Origin: Candidatus Dojkabacteria bacterium
GTDB lineage: Bacteria > Patescibacteriota > Dojkabacteria > SC72
Length of the DNA: 64,000 nucleotides
Assembly (NCBI GenBank): GCA_050950165.1
Contig: JBMNHC010000001.1
Coordinates: 124,673 to 188,672, forward strand
Direction of reading: 5' to 3'
A program made the translations under genes and the position numbers. The notes beneath the pieces were generated by a model, which was not told the origin of the DNA, did no database searches, and saw nothing but the letters and a program-made list of their open reading frames with translations. How positions within the stretch are numbered: position 1 is the first letter of the stretch; every line of letters starts with the position of its first letter. Shown here one piece after another: positions 27,980 to 39,383 of this stretch.

Positions 27980-29246
27980 CTCTGTATTCTTTTAACTTAG
28001 AATAATATACTAAATACAACACTATTACAGATATTAACTGAACAACCAATGTCACCCATACTACTCCAATATATCCATACTCTCTTACTGCCCATATATT
28101 TAGTACTACATTAATGATACCAGAAACAACATTAAGTACTGCCATAATACTTGCATGACCAGTAGAGGTAATAATGCCAGAGTTAATAGTTGCACCAGGT
28201 ATAACATTTGCATAGGTTAAAGCAATTGGAAAGAGTAAGCTCATTAAAATAGCACCAGAGTACTGAGGTAGAAGAATATGTATTGCTACTTTACTTACAA
28301 TTATGGATATCGGTATAAAGAGAATAGCTAAGAGAGAGAGATAGAGGAGTAACTTCTTAAATGCACTACGTATACTCTCATATTTTCCAGTAGAAAAAAG
28401 TTCAACAACATTAGGAGCAAGAACCTGACCAAGTACTGTAAAGGGTATTAGATACACAATATACATCTTATTAAGCAACTCATACACTGCAATCTCTTCT
28501 AGTAGATCATACTGTCCTAATATTAAGATATTTACTTTAGAAAAAAGGTAATAGCCTAAGGTAGCAATACCGAAATATATTGAATATGTACCAACATCCT
28601 TAAGTATCTTTTTATCAATTCTAAACTCTATCTTCCCATTAAAGATAAAAAGCAATGTTGTCATTATGAAAAAAAGTACAATCTGAGCAAGTATTGCACC
28701 TGTTAATCCATATGTAGAAACCAAAAGATACGATGCTAATATAGAGACAAAGCCACTAGCTAAGGTGATAATAGAAAGAATTTTAAATTTCTTTAACCCC
28801 CTATACACTCCATCAAGCAGAGATGACATAGGAGAGAGAAATACTAACGGTAGAGATACCAGAAGATATTGATAGTAATCTGGAAAGAAATTCTTACCAA
28901 AAAGCAGTGTTAAAACAAATGCTAAGGTAGATATGATTAATATAATAGTGCCAGAATTAAACAGTACTCTCTTTACTCTCTCTTTCTGCACACTATTGTA
29001 CTCCGCTATATACCTAGATGTAGCTGTAGATATTCCGAAATCTGAAAACATTACCAACAGAGTAAGAACAGAAAATACATAGTTGTAAATACCCATATCT
29101 TCTTTAGCAAGAAAGTATGCTGATATAAAAAACATTATTCCACTAGCACCTTGTTTACCAAGAATCTGAACTAATCTCCATACAAAAGATTGAGATAGTT
29201 CTCTATTTTTCTTAAATTTATGTAAAAATAACTCTATTAGATTCAT
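27969..29246 (-). CDS. Wzx-type oligosaccharide flippase
   Basis: About 12 TM helices, DFGISTA, glycan-locus context. Confidence 0.85.
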   Translation of the reverse strand: MNLIELFLHKFKKNRELSQSFVWRLVQILGKQGASGIMFFISAYFLAKEDMGIYNYVFSVLTLLVMFSDFGISTATSRYIAEYNSVQKERVKRVLFNSGTIILIISTLAFVLTLLFGKNFFPDYYQYLLVSLPLVFLSPMSSLLDGVYRGLKKFKILSIITLASGFVSILASYLLVSTYGLTGAILAQIVLFFIMTTLLFIFNGKIEFRIDKKILKDVGTYSIYFGIATLGYYLFSKVNILILGQYDLLEEIAVYELLNKMYIVYLIPFTVLGQVLAPNVVELFSTGKYESIRSAFKKLLLYLSLLAILFIPISIIVSKVAIHILLPQYSGAILMSLLFPIALTYANVIPGATINSGIITSTGHASIMAVLNVVSGIINVVLNIWAVREYGYIGVVWVTLVVQLISVIVLYLVYYSKLKEYRDEK

Positions 29247-30240
29247 ATTTAGGTGGTACTAATTTCAGTATATATCTATCAGATATCTTACGTTTACTCT
29301 GTATTACTGCTCTCTTAGAGAGTGTATCTGAAAAATCCTTAAAAAAGATATATACAGAGTAAATATATGAAAAGAATATACCAATGTAGCAAAGTTGTAT
29401 AGAGTGATATATAGCTTCAAGGAATGCTTTAAATGCAAAAAGTGTTCCCATATATATATTAGTTAATATACTAAAGTTTTTTAATATTGATTTAGCCTTA
29501 CCACTATAGTATGTTCTTTCATTCCATGCATATCTCTTACCTTCTTGTCTTCTAGCAAAGCCTAAATGGAGTATATATTCTTTATTGTAAAGATAGTTTT
29601 TATAACCATATATATTAGCTCTAGTAGAGATATCATCATCATCAAGATTAAACATCTGAGATTCATCAAATCCTCCTAATATATCCCACACAGTTTTTTG
29701 AATAAACATGGCTCCTCCTTGTGCAATGGCTATCTCTATTACATCTGTATATGCCATTATATCTTTAAAATGAATCTTAGGTTTTTTCTTCTTAACACCA
29801 AAGGGATAGTAATATGTACCGTATGTTCTAGTATATCCGTCTTTAAGTTCTTCTCTGTCTAAAAAGAATGGCATAAGGAATGCAGGATTATCTAATTTTT
29901 TATAATATTGAACAATATTAGATACAAAGTTAGGATTCTCTATTAACATATCGTCATCCAATATTAGTATGTATTTTCCTGTACTTGCTTTTACTCCTTT
30001 ATTCTTTGCTTTACTTATTCCTAAGTTTTTACCATTTTCTATTAACTTAATATTTTTCTCTTTATTCTTCTCTATTTGTTCTTTAATGTATTTAATAGTT
30101 CCGTCTGTAGATCCATTGTCTACATATATATATTCAATATCTTTATATTTTTGGTTTAGTAATGCTGGAAGAGTTTCAGTAATATATTTCAAAGAATTCC
30201 AGGTTATTATTATTAAGGATGTTTTGGTGTTCCTATCCAT
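29218..30240 (-). CDS. Glycosyltransferase family 2
   Basis: VDNGSTDGT, NLG...N.G, LDDD and GGFDE. Confidence 0.9.
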   Translation of the reverse strand: MDRNTKTSLIIITWNSLKYITETLPALLNQKYKDIEYIYVDNGSTDGTIKYIKEQIEKNKEKNIKLIENGKNLGISKAKNKGVKASTGKYILILDDDMLIENPNFVSNIVQYYKKLDNPAFLMPFFLDREELKDGYTRTYGTYYYPFGVKKKKPKIHFKDIMAYTDVIEIAIAQGGAMFIQKTVWDILGGFDESQMFNLDDDDISTRANIYGYKNYLYNKEYILHLGFARRQEGKRYAWNERTYYSGKAKSILKNFSILTNIYMGTLFAFKAFLEAIYHSIQLCYIGIFFSYIYSVYIFFKDFSDTLSKRAVIQSKRKISDRYILKLVPPKYESNRVIFT

Positions 30241-30280
30241 AAGGAATATTATATATGGCTCAATAAATAATATAAAGCAA

Positions 30281-31975
30281 CTAGTTTGCTTTCAACATTT
30301 TCTTTATTTTACCATTCCCATCTTTAACAATTTCTATATTGTTTATTAAATGTGGGACACAGATAGACTCACTATTCCAGCATCTATCACCCTCTTTAGG
30401 TTCACAAATCTCAATTTGTTGATCCACAAATACACAGTTAGTTTCAGGACTCTTATCCATCAAATTATTCCTTATTTCACTTGTCCTAACATACTGAAAT
30501 CCACTACCACTTATCACTGTAAATACAATCGCTATAAAAAATATAATAAAGATTGAGTAATCCTTCTGCTTGTAAACTTCAATGGAAACAAGAACCGATA
30601 AAATGAAAAATGTCCATATTACAGAGAATGCAAACCTTATATCTGGAGCCGTGACAAACCAAAATACTAACGAACTAATAGGTATAATTAATAGTGGAAG
30701 AAACTTATTCTTCAGTTTTGATGATACTAAAGTAAAAAGAGAAAGAATTAAACCAAAAAACAAAGGGAAAACAAAATTCAAAAATTCTAGCTTTTCTTTA
30801 ATCCACACCCTAAGCCATGCATTGTTAGATAGTACCTCTACTGGAGTCCTATGTGGCATACGAGCCCAACTTTTTATCCAGTTACTTTCCGAAGTTGCCT
30901 GATCAATTCCAACACTCCATTCAGTATTAAACCCTAATTTCGGGAAAGGATAGAGCGGAAACCCTGTTAATAGTACTCCACGAAAGACCCAAACTAACAC
31001 ACAAAAAGCTACAAACAGACCCACTAACCAGAAGCGCTTTTCTTTTAATAATGGGACCAAATTATGACTCCTAAATAGAAAATATATTCCTACTATTAAC
31101 GAAAACAATACAAACACAGCAGCACTTAACTTTATACTAAATAGCCCTCCAGATAATAAGAGTAATAATATAAATTTATCCAAAAACCTTCCTTTATTCT
31201 CAATTATTTCTATAAATATACCAATAATGACAAATTGTAATAATACAACAAATGTATCGGGGCTAGAACTTACAAGATATACTCCCTTCTTATAGAATAC
31301 AAAAGGAATTAAGAAGACAAAGACTAAAGACCAATATATATTGTAGCTAGTATTTTCCCGTTTCCATACAAGACTCCATAATTTATAACCTGTGTAAATT
31401 ACTGAAAAAACAAGCATCCCACTAGACACTATCCTAAAACTTTGAGGGATAATGTTAAGATGATCATATACTGAAACTAAAAGAAAAGAAGAATTATTAT
31501 AACCAAATCTACCATGTATATTTGCTAAGCCAAGAATTAACTCTGAACTTTGAAGCCATTTTATTGTTTGTTGATAATAGAGTCCAAAATCATATAATAA
31601 GTTTTCTGAGAATGTTTGATTAGATATCAAAATAATTAAAACTGTAGAACTTAATAAGAAAAGGTAATTTTTCTTAATCCTAGAAATTGTATACTTAACT
31701 ATTTTGGTATTTGCTAATTTAACACAAAACATCACAATTCCTATAAAGACAATCAATAAAGAAAGCACTTTACTAATAGGTAAAAACAAATGAGTTATTT
31801 GCATTAAAAAAATAAGTAATACAAACCCTATCCATAATTTGCTCCAAATAGTATCTATATCGTTCTTGCTGAATTTTTTAATAAAAATAGATCCTATACT
31901 TCCCCAACCCACCAAAGAAGTAAATAAAATAGACCATCCAAATAATAACCTAATGTATAAAAATAATATTTCCAT
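30281..31975 (-). CDS. Polytopic membrane protein, probable GT-C/polymerase-type
   Basis: Many TM helices; YD.GLYY.Q, GLANIHGRFGYN, S.SPD and APDIRF. Confidence 0.6.
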   Translation of the reverse strand: MEILFLYIRLLFGWSILFTSLVGWGSIGSIFIKKFSKNDIDTIWSKLWIGFVLLIFLMQITHLFLPISKVLSLLIVFIGIVMFCVKLANTKIVKYTISRIKKNYLFLLSSTVLIILISNQTFSENLLYDFGLYYQQTIKWLQSSELILGLANIHGRFGYNNSSFLLVSVYDHLNIIPQSFRIVSSGMLVFSVIYTGYKLWSLVWKRENTSYNIYWSLVFVFLIPFVFYKKGVYLVSSSPDTFVVLLQFVIIGIFIEIIENKGRFLDKFILLLLLSGGLFSIKLSAAVFVLFSLIVGIYFLFRSHNLVPLLKEKRFWLVGLFVAFCVLVWVFRGVLLTGFPLYPFPKLGFNTEWSVGIDQATSESNWIKSWARMPHRTPVEVLSNNAWLRVWIKEKLEFLNFVFPLFFGLILSLFTLVSSKLKNKFLPLLIIPISSLVFWFVTAPDIRFAFSVIWTFFILSVLVSIEVYKQKDYSIFIIFFIAIVFTVISGSGFQYVRTSEIRNNLMDKSPETNCVFVDQQIEICEPKEGDRCWNSESICVPHLINNIEIVKDGNGKIKKMLKAN

Positions 31976-32092
31976 TACTAAAATATATTATATTTATAAT
32001 AGTTTTGAGACCATCACCATACCTCGTTTCCTTATCTTGTTCAATTATTCGCTATATTCACAACCTCCAAAGATATGATACACTAATGAGGT

Positions 32093-32677
32093 ATGAATCA
32101 AAATACCCGAGGCACAGGAATTCTTGAAGGTTTCCTTTCAACACAAAGAGCAAAACTAGCAAATAGCAAGATACCTAGTAAATATCGTAAAGGGAAAATT
32201 TTAGATATTGGGTGTGGTACAGTTCCATACTTTCTTCTTAATACAAAATTTAAAGAAAAATATGGAATCGATTATTCATTACAGAAAGATAAAAAGTATA
32301 AAGATATCTCACTCAAAAAAGAATCTATAAACTCTGGACTGCCATTTCAAAGCAATTATTTTGACATTGTAACAATGTTAGCTGTATTCGAACATATAGA
32401 GCCAGATGATCTACAAAAGCTTTTATCCGAGATACACAGAGTTCTAAAAAAGGATGGTCTATTAATCTTAACTACACCATGTGTATGGACAGACCGATTA
32501 CTCCGTTTTCTTGCAAGTTTAAATTTTGTTAGCAAGGAAGAAATAGAGGAACACAAAGGTGCATATTCTCACAAAGATATAAAGAGATACCTTAAACTAG
32601 GTAACTTTAAAGACGAAGATATTGAGCTTGGCTATTTTGAGCTATGGATGAATAATTGGGCTATTGCAAAAAAGTAA
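32093..32677 (+). CDS. Class I SAM-dependent methyltransferase
   Basis: ILDIGCG, FDIVTMLAVFEH and LKKDGLLILTTP. Confidence 0.9.
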   Translation: MNQNTRGTGILEGFLSTQRAKLANSKIPSKYRKGKILDIGCGTVPYFLLNTKFKEKYGIDYSLQKDKKYKDISLKKESINSGLPFQSNYFDIVTMLAVFEHIEPDDLQKLLSEIHRVLKKDGLLILTTPCVWTDRLLRFLASLNFVSKEEIEEHKGAYSHKDIKRYLKLGNFKDEDIELGYFELWMNNWAIAKK

Positions 32678-32719
32678 AATATAAAACATATCCTGTACAA
32701 TAAAAATAGGCAAAGCCTC

Positions 32720-33454
32720 CTAAAACATATTATATTTAATTATTTCTATAATAGCTTTTAAACCATCACTGTATCTTATTTTCTTACCTTGTTCAATTGT
32801 TCTCGGATAATATCTGATTGGTACTATCCCCCATTTAAGAGGTTTCCCTTTTCTACTATATCTCGCTAACCTTGCCGTTATCTCTGGCTCTAATCCAAAA
32901 GAAGATTTAGCCGTTATTTTTGGAGCTATTTTTCTAACTACACTTCCTTTTATTAATTTGTAACAAACTTCCATATCTGGAATCCATTTTTTAGTTCTAG
33001 GAAAAGTAAAAATGTTAGAAACAAAACTTACAATTTTATTCCCAAGAAAGAAAGAAAGGTACAACAAGCCATTGTCTCCACCAAATCTATCCCCATATAC
33101 TACATCTAAATCCTTCGTTAATGCCCAATCTAACATATGAGATAAATCTTCTGGTTCATATTCTAGATCAGCATCTTGTATTACCACCCAATTCCCTGTT
33201 GTTTGTTGCAAACCTTTTTTAACAGATTGTGTCTTTCCCAGATTTTTTTCATTACTAATAAGGGAATACCCTTTTCTCCGTTTTATATATTCCTTGACTA
33301 TTTGCTCAGTTTTATCTTTAGAACAATCATTTATGATGATTATTTCTTTTTTATATCCATCTGGAAGAACAAAAGTCGTAACTTTCTCAAGAAGTTTCTT
33401 TATTGTCTTTTCTTCATTATATGCAGGAATAACTATTGAAAGAACTTTACTCAT
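32720..33454 (-). CDS. GT2 polyprenol-phosphate glycosyltransferase (DPM1-like)
   Basis: IPAYNE, DCSKD, QDADLEY and DMEVCYK. Confidence 0.88.
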   Translation of the reverse strand: MSKVLSIVIPAYNEEKTIKKLLEKVTTFVLPDGYKKEIIIINDCSKDKTEQIVKEYIKRRKGYSLISNEKNLGKTQSVKKGLQQTTGNWVVIQDADLEYEPEDLSHMLDWALTKDLDVVYGDRFGGDNGLLYLSFFLGNKIVSFVSNIFTFPRTKKWIPDMEVCYKLIKGSVVRKIAPKITAKSSFGLEPEITARLARYSRKGKPLKWGIVPIRYYPRTIEQGKKIRYSDGLKAIIEIIKYNMF

Positions 33455-33869
33455 TATATTCTCTAAATAAGATTAGCTTTCTTGCAAGAAAATTATATAT
33501 CATAACAATACCAGCAGACATTGTATTTGAAAATATACTCCATATATCTAATTTATCTACCATGAAGTATACAAGAAAGGTATGCAATCCCAACCCTACT
33601 AGACTAATCATCGTAAAGATATAAAAACCTTTTGAAAGAAATTGAAGCCTGTTATCTCCTCCCTTAAATATATATTTCATACTTAAAATATAATTAAAGA
33701 TTAGAGCAGTAACAAAAGCTATTATTGTAGATATTATATAATTAACAAAGAAGATATTTTCTAAAACATAAAATAGTATAATATTAAGAAAAAATGCTAC
33801 AACCCCAACAATAAAGAAACGATAAAATTGTACAATAAGAATATTCTTTCTAAGTTTTTGAAACTCCAT
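33447..33869 (-). CDS. GtrA-family flippase
   Basis: QFYRFFIVG, four TM helices, NF...K..F end. Confidence 0.85.
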   Translation of the reverse strand: MEFQKLRKNILIVQFYRFFIVGVVAFFLNIILFYVLENIFFVNYIISTIIAFVTALIFNYILSMKYIFKGGDNRLQFLSKGFYIFTMISLVGLGLHTFLVYFMVDKLDIWSIFSNTMSAGIVMIYNFLARKLILFREYNE

Positions 33870-33958
33870 TTACCAAATTTTTCATAAATAATATCATTCT
33901 CATAATTCAATAAACTTCTCTATTTTTATCAGAATATGGTAAACTTTTCCAGAAAAAT

Positions 33959-36013
33959 ATGAACGTCTTAACTACAGAATTTTCAAAGAACAAAATAATT
34001 ATTAAAAAGAGTAGTAAAATTGCATTTATAATATCAGTTCTACTCTGCCTAATAACAGTGATTGACAAGATATCCCTTTATGGTGCTATAAACTTCTATA
34101 TTCACACTCCTGTTATATATACTCTAATATTTTTCCTTCACTTGGCAGTAGTAAAAGATGAATGGAAAAATATACAGATACTTTTCAAAGAATTACAAAA
34201 AAAGATAACAAAGGAGGATACTATAAAAATATTTTTAATTTTGTTCCCCTTTTTACTTGTAGTATTACTAAAGAATAAATTAAATGAAATCATAATAAAT
34301 CAAAACATTTTATCCTTAGAATACGATTATTTACTTATTATTATTAAAATAAAATTCTTTGCTAAAACCTTTGTTCTCTTTGTTGGTTCTATTCTTACAG
34401 CATTATTTGCAAACTATCTTAATTATTCAATTACTACTAATAAACAGAAGGAAAAAAGTAAAAAGAAGACACTTATACTATTTATCCTTCTAATAGCTCT
34501 ATTTTTATTCGTAAAAGCCTTTTTCATCTTTAACTATGACGGTAATTACCAGGATGATTGGTATCATATTGTAGCAGGGCAAAACTTTTTTCAAGATGGA
34601 ACATTTACAAAAGTAAACCAATATTTTGGTGAAGATGGATATCAAAGAGGTGCATATATGACGATTTTAACAAACTTCTTTATGTTTCTATTTGGAAGAA
34701 GTGTTGATATTGCACAGCTAGCCCCAGCGTTTATAGGATTAATAAATTTCATATTACTATTAACAATTGCAAGAGAAGTCTTTAAGAATAATATTTCTAT
34801 AATATTATTTTCATTCTTATATATTTTTAATCCCTATGTGATATTCAATCATTTATTTATAAGAATGTATGTTTTTTATGAACTTTTCTTTCTTTTAATA
34901 ATCTTTTTATCAACCTCTCTCTATAGGAGTTTGCTAGCAAAAAAGAATACTAAGATAGTCTTAGTCTTCTCAGCACTACTTCTTCTTAATTTTTTTATTT
35001 GGAAATACACAGAAGATAGGAGCACTATACTATTCCCTGTCTATTCTACGATAGGAATTTTCCTTGCTTTTTATAAAGCAATAAATCTAAAAAATTTCTT
35101 TTCAAAAATTTCACAATATATAAATAAAAATAAAAAAGTAATGATACCTATCTTGTTACTTCTTTTTGTATCCATTCTCCTTTTATTAACAGAACTCTCT
35201 TTGTTTACTGAATTGCTATGGCTAATAACACAAGGAACGAATGATGGATCAAATAGAGCTTCTTTAATTAAATTGATTTGTTATAGATTTGCACCCTTAA
35301 TGATGTATGTATTTCTCAGTTTCGTCACGATTAAAAAACATTCTGTATCAAAACAAATTTTTATTATCTTTGCTTTTGTTTCTTTAGTTTTACATATTGC
35401 ACTACCTGAAAGTTATCAGGTGATAAGAGGTTTCAATTATACATGGGGAGTACTTCTAATTGCTACAGTAATAATGATTGAGGAATTAATAAAACAAGCC
35501 GTTACATTAAAAAAGAGTTTACTACTCTTACCTTTGATATTTACATTTTTACTTTCATCATTATTAATTCCAACTATAAAAAGTTATCACAAGACTTTCC
35601 TTTCCACTGGTCCTAGTATTTTAGGAGAAGTAGCATATTATGAATTTGATAAAACATTCTCTTATTTACAAAAAGAGCACAGTAAAGATACAATTATTAG
35701 TATAACTTACAATGTTGTCCCAGATATGTATTATGGTCTACCTTCAAAATATGTTTTTAATGCTAATGGAAAAATCAGTAATTACTACTTTCCTGAAGAA
35801 ATAACTATCTTAAATACTTTAGATGAAGTAGAGTCACTAGCAAGAAAAGAGAATGTTTGTTTTTTATTAAGAGACTATACTTTTGGTGTTTTGGCTGGTT
35901 TCGATGTCGGTACATACATCATTAACAATTACTCTATCGAAAAAATTTATGAGGGGTATAGTATCTGGTGTGAAAGAACACTAGAGAATAAATTGCCCAA
36001 ATCTCTATATTAA
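33959..36013 (+). CDS. Polytopic GT-C-like membrane protein
   Basis: QDDWYH loop, YQRG and IRMY; many TM helices; resembles 25554-27014. Confidence 0.65.
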   Translation: MNVLTTEFSKNKIIIKKSSKIAFIISVLLCLITVIDKISLYGAINFYIHTPVIYTLIFFLHLAVVKDEWKNIQILFKELQKKITKEDTIKIFLILFPFLLVVLLKNKLNEIIINQNILSLEYDYLLIIIKIKFFAKTFVLFVGSILTALFANYLNYSITTNKQKEKSKKKTLILFILLIALFLFVKAFFIFNYDGNYQDDWYHIVAGQNFFQDGTFTKVNQYFGEDGYQRGAYMTILTNFFMFLFGRSVDIAQLAPAFIGLINFILLLTIAREVFKNNISIILFSFLYIFNPYVIFNHLFIRMYVFYELFFLLIIFLSTSLYRSLLAKKNTKIVLVFSALLLLNFFIWKYTEDRSTILFPVYSTIGIFLAFYKAINLKNFFSKISQYINKNKKVMIPILLLLFVSILLLLTELSLFTELLWLITQGTNDGSNRASLIKLICYRFAPLMMYVFLSFVTIKKHSVSKQIFIIFAFVSLVLHIALPESYQVIRGFNYTWGVLLIATVIMIEELIKQAVTLKKSLLLLPLIFTFLLSSLLIPTIKSYHKTFLSTGPSILGEVAYYEFDKTFSYLQKEHSKDTIISITYNVVPDMYYGLPSKYVFNANGKISNYYFPEEITILNTLDEVESLARKENVCFLLRDYTFGVLAGFDVGTYIINNYSIEKIYEGYSIWCERTLENKLPKSLY

Positions 36014-37114
36014 TTAAAGATTTTTATATACAAACGACAATTTTTCTGCTGATTGTTTCCAAGAAAAAGCTTTGGATCTTTTTATCCCTTTCTTAATCAT
36101 TTCTTTCCTTAACTTATTATTATTTAAAATTTTTGTTAATTGCTTTTTTAAGTCTTCTATAGAGGAAGGATCAAAATATAATGCTGCCTCAGCACAAACT
36201 TCTGGGATAGAGCTTACATTACTTGCAACAACAGGACAAGAATTTTCCATTGCTTCAAGAGGAGGTATTCCAAACCCCTCATAAAGGGAAGGATAAACAA
36301 AAACCTCTGCATTTCTGTAGGCAGAAATTAATTCGGAATCAGATAAACGACAAGCTAAAACTTTTTCTTCTAAATTATATGAACTGATATGTTGCATTTC
36401 CTCTTTCGAAAAATCTCCTCCAACACAAAAGAGAACAAACTCTTCATACTGAGGACTCAACTGCATAAAAGCCTCTAATAAAGTTACAAAATTCTTATAT
36501 CCCCCTCTCTGCCCTACATATAAAATGTATTTCTTGGGTAAAGTAGATACACCACTTTTAGAGCTGCTTTTTGCGGAAGATAAAGATGAAGGAATATACA
36601 CAACAGAAATCTTCTTTTCATTGATACCTAATATTCTCATAATATCCTTCTTTGTATTTTCAGAGATCGCAATAATATGATTAGCTTTATTTGCAAGATA
36701 TTTTTTCCATTCTATTGTTTTGTCCATCAACCCTCGATTTTCAGGATAAATCTCATGTATCATATCGTAAATTGTTAAAACAAAGGGCATTTCGCTGAGA
36801 TATTTAATAAAATAAGGATCAAAGTATGTTGGATGAAAAATATCATATTTTTTACTCTTTATCTCTTCAATGTTTTTTAGAGAATTGATAAAACTAAAAA
36901 TTTTGCGATGAAACACAGTATTCTTCGATGGGAGAAATTGTTGAGTCTGATAAAGATCTCTCAGATAGATATTATTAGAGATTTTAACTGAAATATCTGC
37001 TTCAATTTCAAATTGAGGATTATTACGAAACTCTTTTACTAATTCAACAAAAAGCCTTGAAACTCCACCTACTACCTGTCTGGAAAATATTTGATGGTCA
37101 AAAAGGACTCGCAT
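36014..37114 (-). CDS. Glycosyltransferase family 4
   Basis: GGVSR, TIYDMI and YPSLYEGFGIPPLEAM. Confidence 0.92.
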   Translation of the reverse strand: MRVLFDHQIFSRQVVGGVSRLFVELVKEFRNNPQFEIEADISVKISNNIYLRDLYQTQQFLPSKNTVFHRKIFSFINSLKNIEEIKSKKYDIFHPTYFDPYFIKYLSEMPFVLTIYDMIHEIYPENRGLMDKTIEWKKYLANKANHIIAISENTKKDIMRILGINEKKISVVYIPSSLSSAKSSSKSGVSTLPKKYILYVGQRGGYKNFVTLLEAFMQLSPQYEEFVLFCVGGDFSKEEMQHISSYNLEEKVLACRLSDSELISAYRNAEVFVYPSLYEGFGIPPLEAMENSCPVVASNVSSIPEVCAEAALYFDPSSIEDLKKQLTKILNNNKLRKEMIKKGIKRSKAFSWKQSAEKLSFVYKNL

Positions 37115-37126
37115 AAATAAAATTTT

Positions 37127-38050
37127 CTAAATCTTAATTAATATACCAATTTTTGAATACAACTTTTTCTTTATATACACCCACCCAAAAGAATTGACAG
37201 CTCTATATCTTTTGATAATCTCCCATGTTGGAACACCTGAATATTTATATAAATCCAGTCTCTTTTTTGATGCAAGACTCTCCTGCCTGAATAATAGGCT
37301 CTCATCTTTACTATGAATTCCTGAAGAATCATACCCAATATTATCTACATATGATTTTGTGGTTTGAACACAAACAAGACCTTTCTTAAATTGATGATAG
37401 CTCCATCTAATAGCCCAAGAATCTATTTTCCCTTCTATTTGGGCTTTCAACATCTTTGTTAAATCTTTTCCTCCCTTATTAAACTGTTTCTGTGCATATT
37501 TATTCTCAGAAAAAGAGAGATAATCCTGCACCTCCCAGTCAACCTCGTCCCACCTATCTTTCCAAGTCCCCCAACCAGTTGAACATGGTCTAACATTAAA
37601 AAAGATATCTTCTATATAATACTTGGGGACTTTTACTTGCCTAGTTGTTATCATAAATGCTGTAACAGACCCAATTTTTTTATCATTAGAATAATAATCC
37701 AGCATTTGATTCATTACATTTAGAAAATACTTTTGAGTCAATAAATCATCCTCAAGAACTATAACCTTTCCATACTTGTTTATTACCTCTGTAACACCAC
37801 CTATCACAGAATTTGCCAAACCCTTATTTTTTTCAGAAGCTGTAATTGTTACTTTTTTAAAACCTTTAATTTCTTTTAGTACATTTCTTACTTCTTTAAT
37901 CTTTTCAATATCTGATTCTCTCTTTGGTCCATCAGAATAAATAAATAACTCTGAATCTTTTGCTAACTCATTCTCACTCAATTTAGTAAGCACTTCTTTA
38001 GTGTGCTTTGCCCTATTGTATACAAATAACACTATTGGTGCGTATTCCAT
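37127..38050 (-). CDS. GT-A fold glycosyltransferase
   Basis: APIVLFVYNR, SDG, N.GLA, VLEDD, WGTW and NIG.D. Confidence 0.85.
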   Translation of the reverse strand: MEYAPIVLFVYNRAKHTKEVLTKLSENELAKDSELFIYSDGPKRESDIEKIKEVRNVLKEIKGFKKVTITASEKNKGLANSVIGGVTEVINKYGKVIVLEDDLLTQKYFLNVMNQMLDYYSNDKKIGSVTAFMITTRQVKVPKYYIEDIFFNVRPCSTGWGTWKDRWDEVDWEVQDYLSFSENKYAQKQFNKGGKDLTKMLKAQIEGKIDSWAIRWSYHQFKKGLVCVQTTKSYVDNIGYDSSGIHSKDESLLFRQESLASKKRLDLYKYSGVPTWEIIKRYRAVNSFGWVYIKKKLYSKIGILIKI

Positions 38051-38054
38051 ATTT

Positions 38055-39383
38055 TTATTTCTTTATAAATAATTCTTTAATCTTGAAATAATTCCAAGGT
38101 ACTATCCCTCTAATTATATATAATACTTGCTCTCTTGTATCCTTAAATAGTAATGGGAGAATAAACATATAAAATATCTGGGAAATAATCATAGCTATAG
38201 GAGCTCCTATCGCTCCATACTTTGGAATTAATACATAAAAAAGTATTAAACTAATTGTAGAAGAAAGAATCGAGAAAAAGATTAGATATTTCTGAATATT
38301 CTCCAATATATATATTCTTTGATTTAAAGTTTTTAATGAAACGAAAATACCAATAAATACGTAAACATTAAAGATAGGAATAGATTGAAGATAGCTGGAA
38401 TCAAATATCAATCGCATAAAAGGATCGATAAACAATAAAGTCGCAAGAATTATTAGAAGCGGAACAATAAATAATATACTATAGAAAGTTGGTAAGAGTT
38501 TTTTATAATGTACTCGATCTTGATTATAAACTTTTGTAATCTTGGGGAAAAGTGCAATACAGATTGTTACAGGCAAGAAATACCATATCTCTCCTAGTTT
38601 TGCGGCTACAGAGTAAATTCCAACTTCCGAAAAACTTAATACCTCCTTTATGACAACAACTGCATATCTTGTATAAAAAGTATCAGCTATAAGAGTAATA
38701 AGAATAGGCAATAACGCAAGAAACAACATTTTAGCAACTTTAATATCCACCTCCCAATCCTTAAGATTTCCATACTTTTTTATGTATAGAATCAAAGAGC
38801 CAATCATTATCAATACAAATTCTAAACTATATATAAACAAGAATACTTTTAAACCAGCTCCTAGATAAATAGCAAGTAATTTAAAAACAATTAAAACAAT
38901 ATATACAATCATTCTAATGATAGAAATCTCTCGAGATTGCAACTCCGCTTGAAAGTATTCGTCAATTACTTGCAATGAGGAAAAGATATAGGACCAAGAC
39001 ATAAGAAGAGATAGCATTACAAAGACCAAATTGCCGTCCACCAAATACAGAAAAAGTGCATTCCCAAGTATTGCAATTATTGCCCCAACTAATCTCATAA
39101 CAGCTGCTGTTCCAAGTATTTTCCCCTTCTTAGCATTCTTTTCCAACAACTTTGCCACAACAATATTACTCAATCCAAGAGAGGCTAGAGGTAAGAAAAT
39201 ATTATATACTCCTAAAACATAATTAAATTGACCAAAGACCTCCGTTCCTAAATAAGATGCAACCCTAGCATAAACAAATAGACCAGAAATTAATAATAAT
39301 ATTTTCTCTGCAAGACCCCAGAAGACATTCTTAAATATCTTTTTGCGATCTTCTGTTTGTAGGATAAGATTTCTTAATTGCAC
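38055..39383 (-). CDS. Wzx-type flippase
   Basis: About 12 TM helices; VGIYSVA and LIPKYGAIGA. Confidence 0.88.
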   Translation of the reverse strand: MQLRNLILQTEDRKKIFKNVFWGLAEKILLLISGLFVYARVASYLGTEVFGQFNYVLGVYNIFLPLASLGLSNIVVAKLLEKNAKKGKILGTAAVMRLVGAIIAILGNALFLYLVDGNLVFVMLSLLMSWSYIFSSLQVIDEYFQAELQSREISIIRMIVYIVLIVFKLLAIYLGAGLKVFLFIYSLEFVLIMIGSLILYIKKYGNLKDWEVDIKVAKMLFLALLPILITLIADTFYTRYAVVVIKEVLSFSEVGIYSVAAKLGEIWYFLPVTICIALFPKITKVYNQDRVHYKKLLPTFYSILFIVPLLIILATLLFIDPFMRLIFDSSYLQSIPIFNVYVFIGIFVSLKTLNQRIYILENIQKYLIFFSILSSTISLILFYVLIPKYGAIGAPIAMIISQIFYMFILPLLFKDTREQVLYIIRGIVPWNYFKIKELFIKK